Shown piece by piece: positions 63,501-64,000 of a stretch of DNA of 64,000 nucleotides. The translations under genes were made by a program, and so were the position numbers. The DNA comes from Selaginella moellendorffii. Taxonomy: Eukaryota; Plantae; Lycopodiophyta. Position 1 is the stretch's first letter; each line of letters starts with the position of its first letter. The stretch covers positions 1,347,014 through 1,411,013 of the forward strand of contig NW_003314300.1 in NCBI RefSeq assembly GCF_000143415.4, read 5' to 3'. Below the pieces are notes generated by a model. That model saw nothing but the letters and a program-made list of their open reading frames with translations, made no database searches and was not told where the DNA came from.

Positions 63501-63700
63501 GGATGGATTTCACACAGGATGGGAAAGAAAACTAAGAAAGCCCTAAACTGAAGGAATGCAACTCAAGCCAGGTGGCTGTACGCCACGTGGCTCTAACACA
63601 GAAGCTGGAACAAATGAAAAACCCCTAATGGGAATGAAACTTATAAGAATGTAAGCTTTCAGAACAAAGAAGTAAAATCTCCATCACTTGCATCACTTGC
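60590..63700 (-). mobile_element. Degenerate, rearranged Ty1/Copia retrotransposon
   Basis: PBS-Met-like TGGTATCAAAGC (63418-63429), gag start, [66 protein letters not shown], RNase H remnant. Integrase core and 3' LTR absent; right boundary approximate. Confidence 0.9.
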
Positions 63701-63774
63701 GATAAGTTTTATCTTGCCCAGCTTCTTTCTTCTCCTGCCTGCTTACGTGTTCCTTGATGTCCTCTCAGATTTGA

Positions 63775-63950
63775 TCGCAGTTGTCACAGAACCAGGGGCA
63801 GGAGCTCTCCCTGGGAGCTTACTCCAACACACTCGCAATGAAACCTTACGATGTCACAATCCCTGTAGCAGCACGTGATTACCTTGCCTCGAGCACTCTC
63901 CCGTTTCTTGCAAGTACAGATGGTGCAATACAGAGCCGCATCCACAAGTG
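63775..63950 (-). pseudogene. ING-type PHD finger fragment
   Basis: LYCTICTC..GKVITCCYRDCDIVRFHCECVG, then WFCDNC in a shifted frame. Confidence 0.45.
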
Positions 63951-64000
63951 GAGACTCGATGTCTGCACGGTTTGCAGCCAGCTGCTAGTCGAGCTTACAC

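Overview
Eukaryotic nuclear DNA from a very compact land-plant genome. Introns are mostly 45-100 nt, intergenic gaps are often under 300 bp, PLS-class PPR genes are abundant and a PKA-like kinase is present. These features point to a lycophyte such as Selaginella (inference, not verified). Layout: (1) 1-11.2 kb, decayed retroelements (two copies of one LTR, LINE fragments in both orientations, AT-rich remnants); (2) an intact, intronless secreted protein with an unrecognised N-terminal domain fused to a bulb-type lectin; (3) a dense gene block: SMC2, PUR-alpha, At5g65660-like, PLS-PPR, CONSTANS-like, SABATH pseudogene, PPR-DYW, PPR-E, WW-domain protein, carboxylesterase, PAC1-like and At1g76070-like; (4) 36-47 kb, an AT-rich zone with a mosaic of gene fragments (RBM19/MRD1, PPR, Crinkler-type P-loop); (5) type-B response regulator, ACHT thioredoxin, aspartic protease, PKA catalytic-subunit-like kinase, a 98-aa ORF and POLA2; (6) a PDI 3' remnant and a rearranged Copia element. 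Best leads: the unknown-domain/B-lectin secreted protein, two near-abutting same-strand ORF pairs (18 and 28 nt gaps, possibly dicistronic), the PKA-C gene with duplicated N-terminal exons, PPR editing-type proteins with no apparent transit peptide, and an in-frame PPR/Crinkler-NTPase junction. Exon structures were read by eye and no database searches were run.
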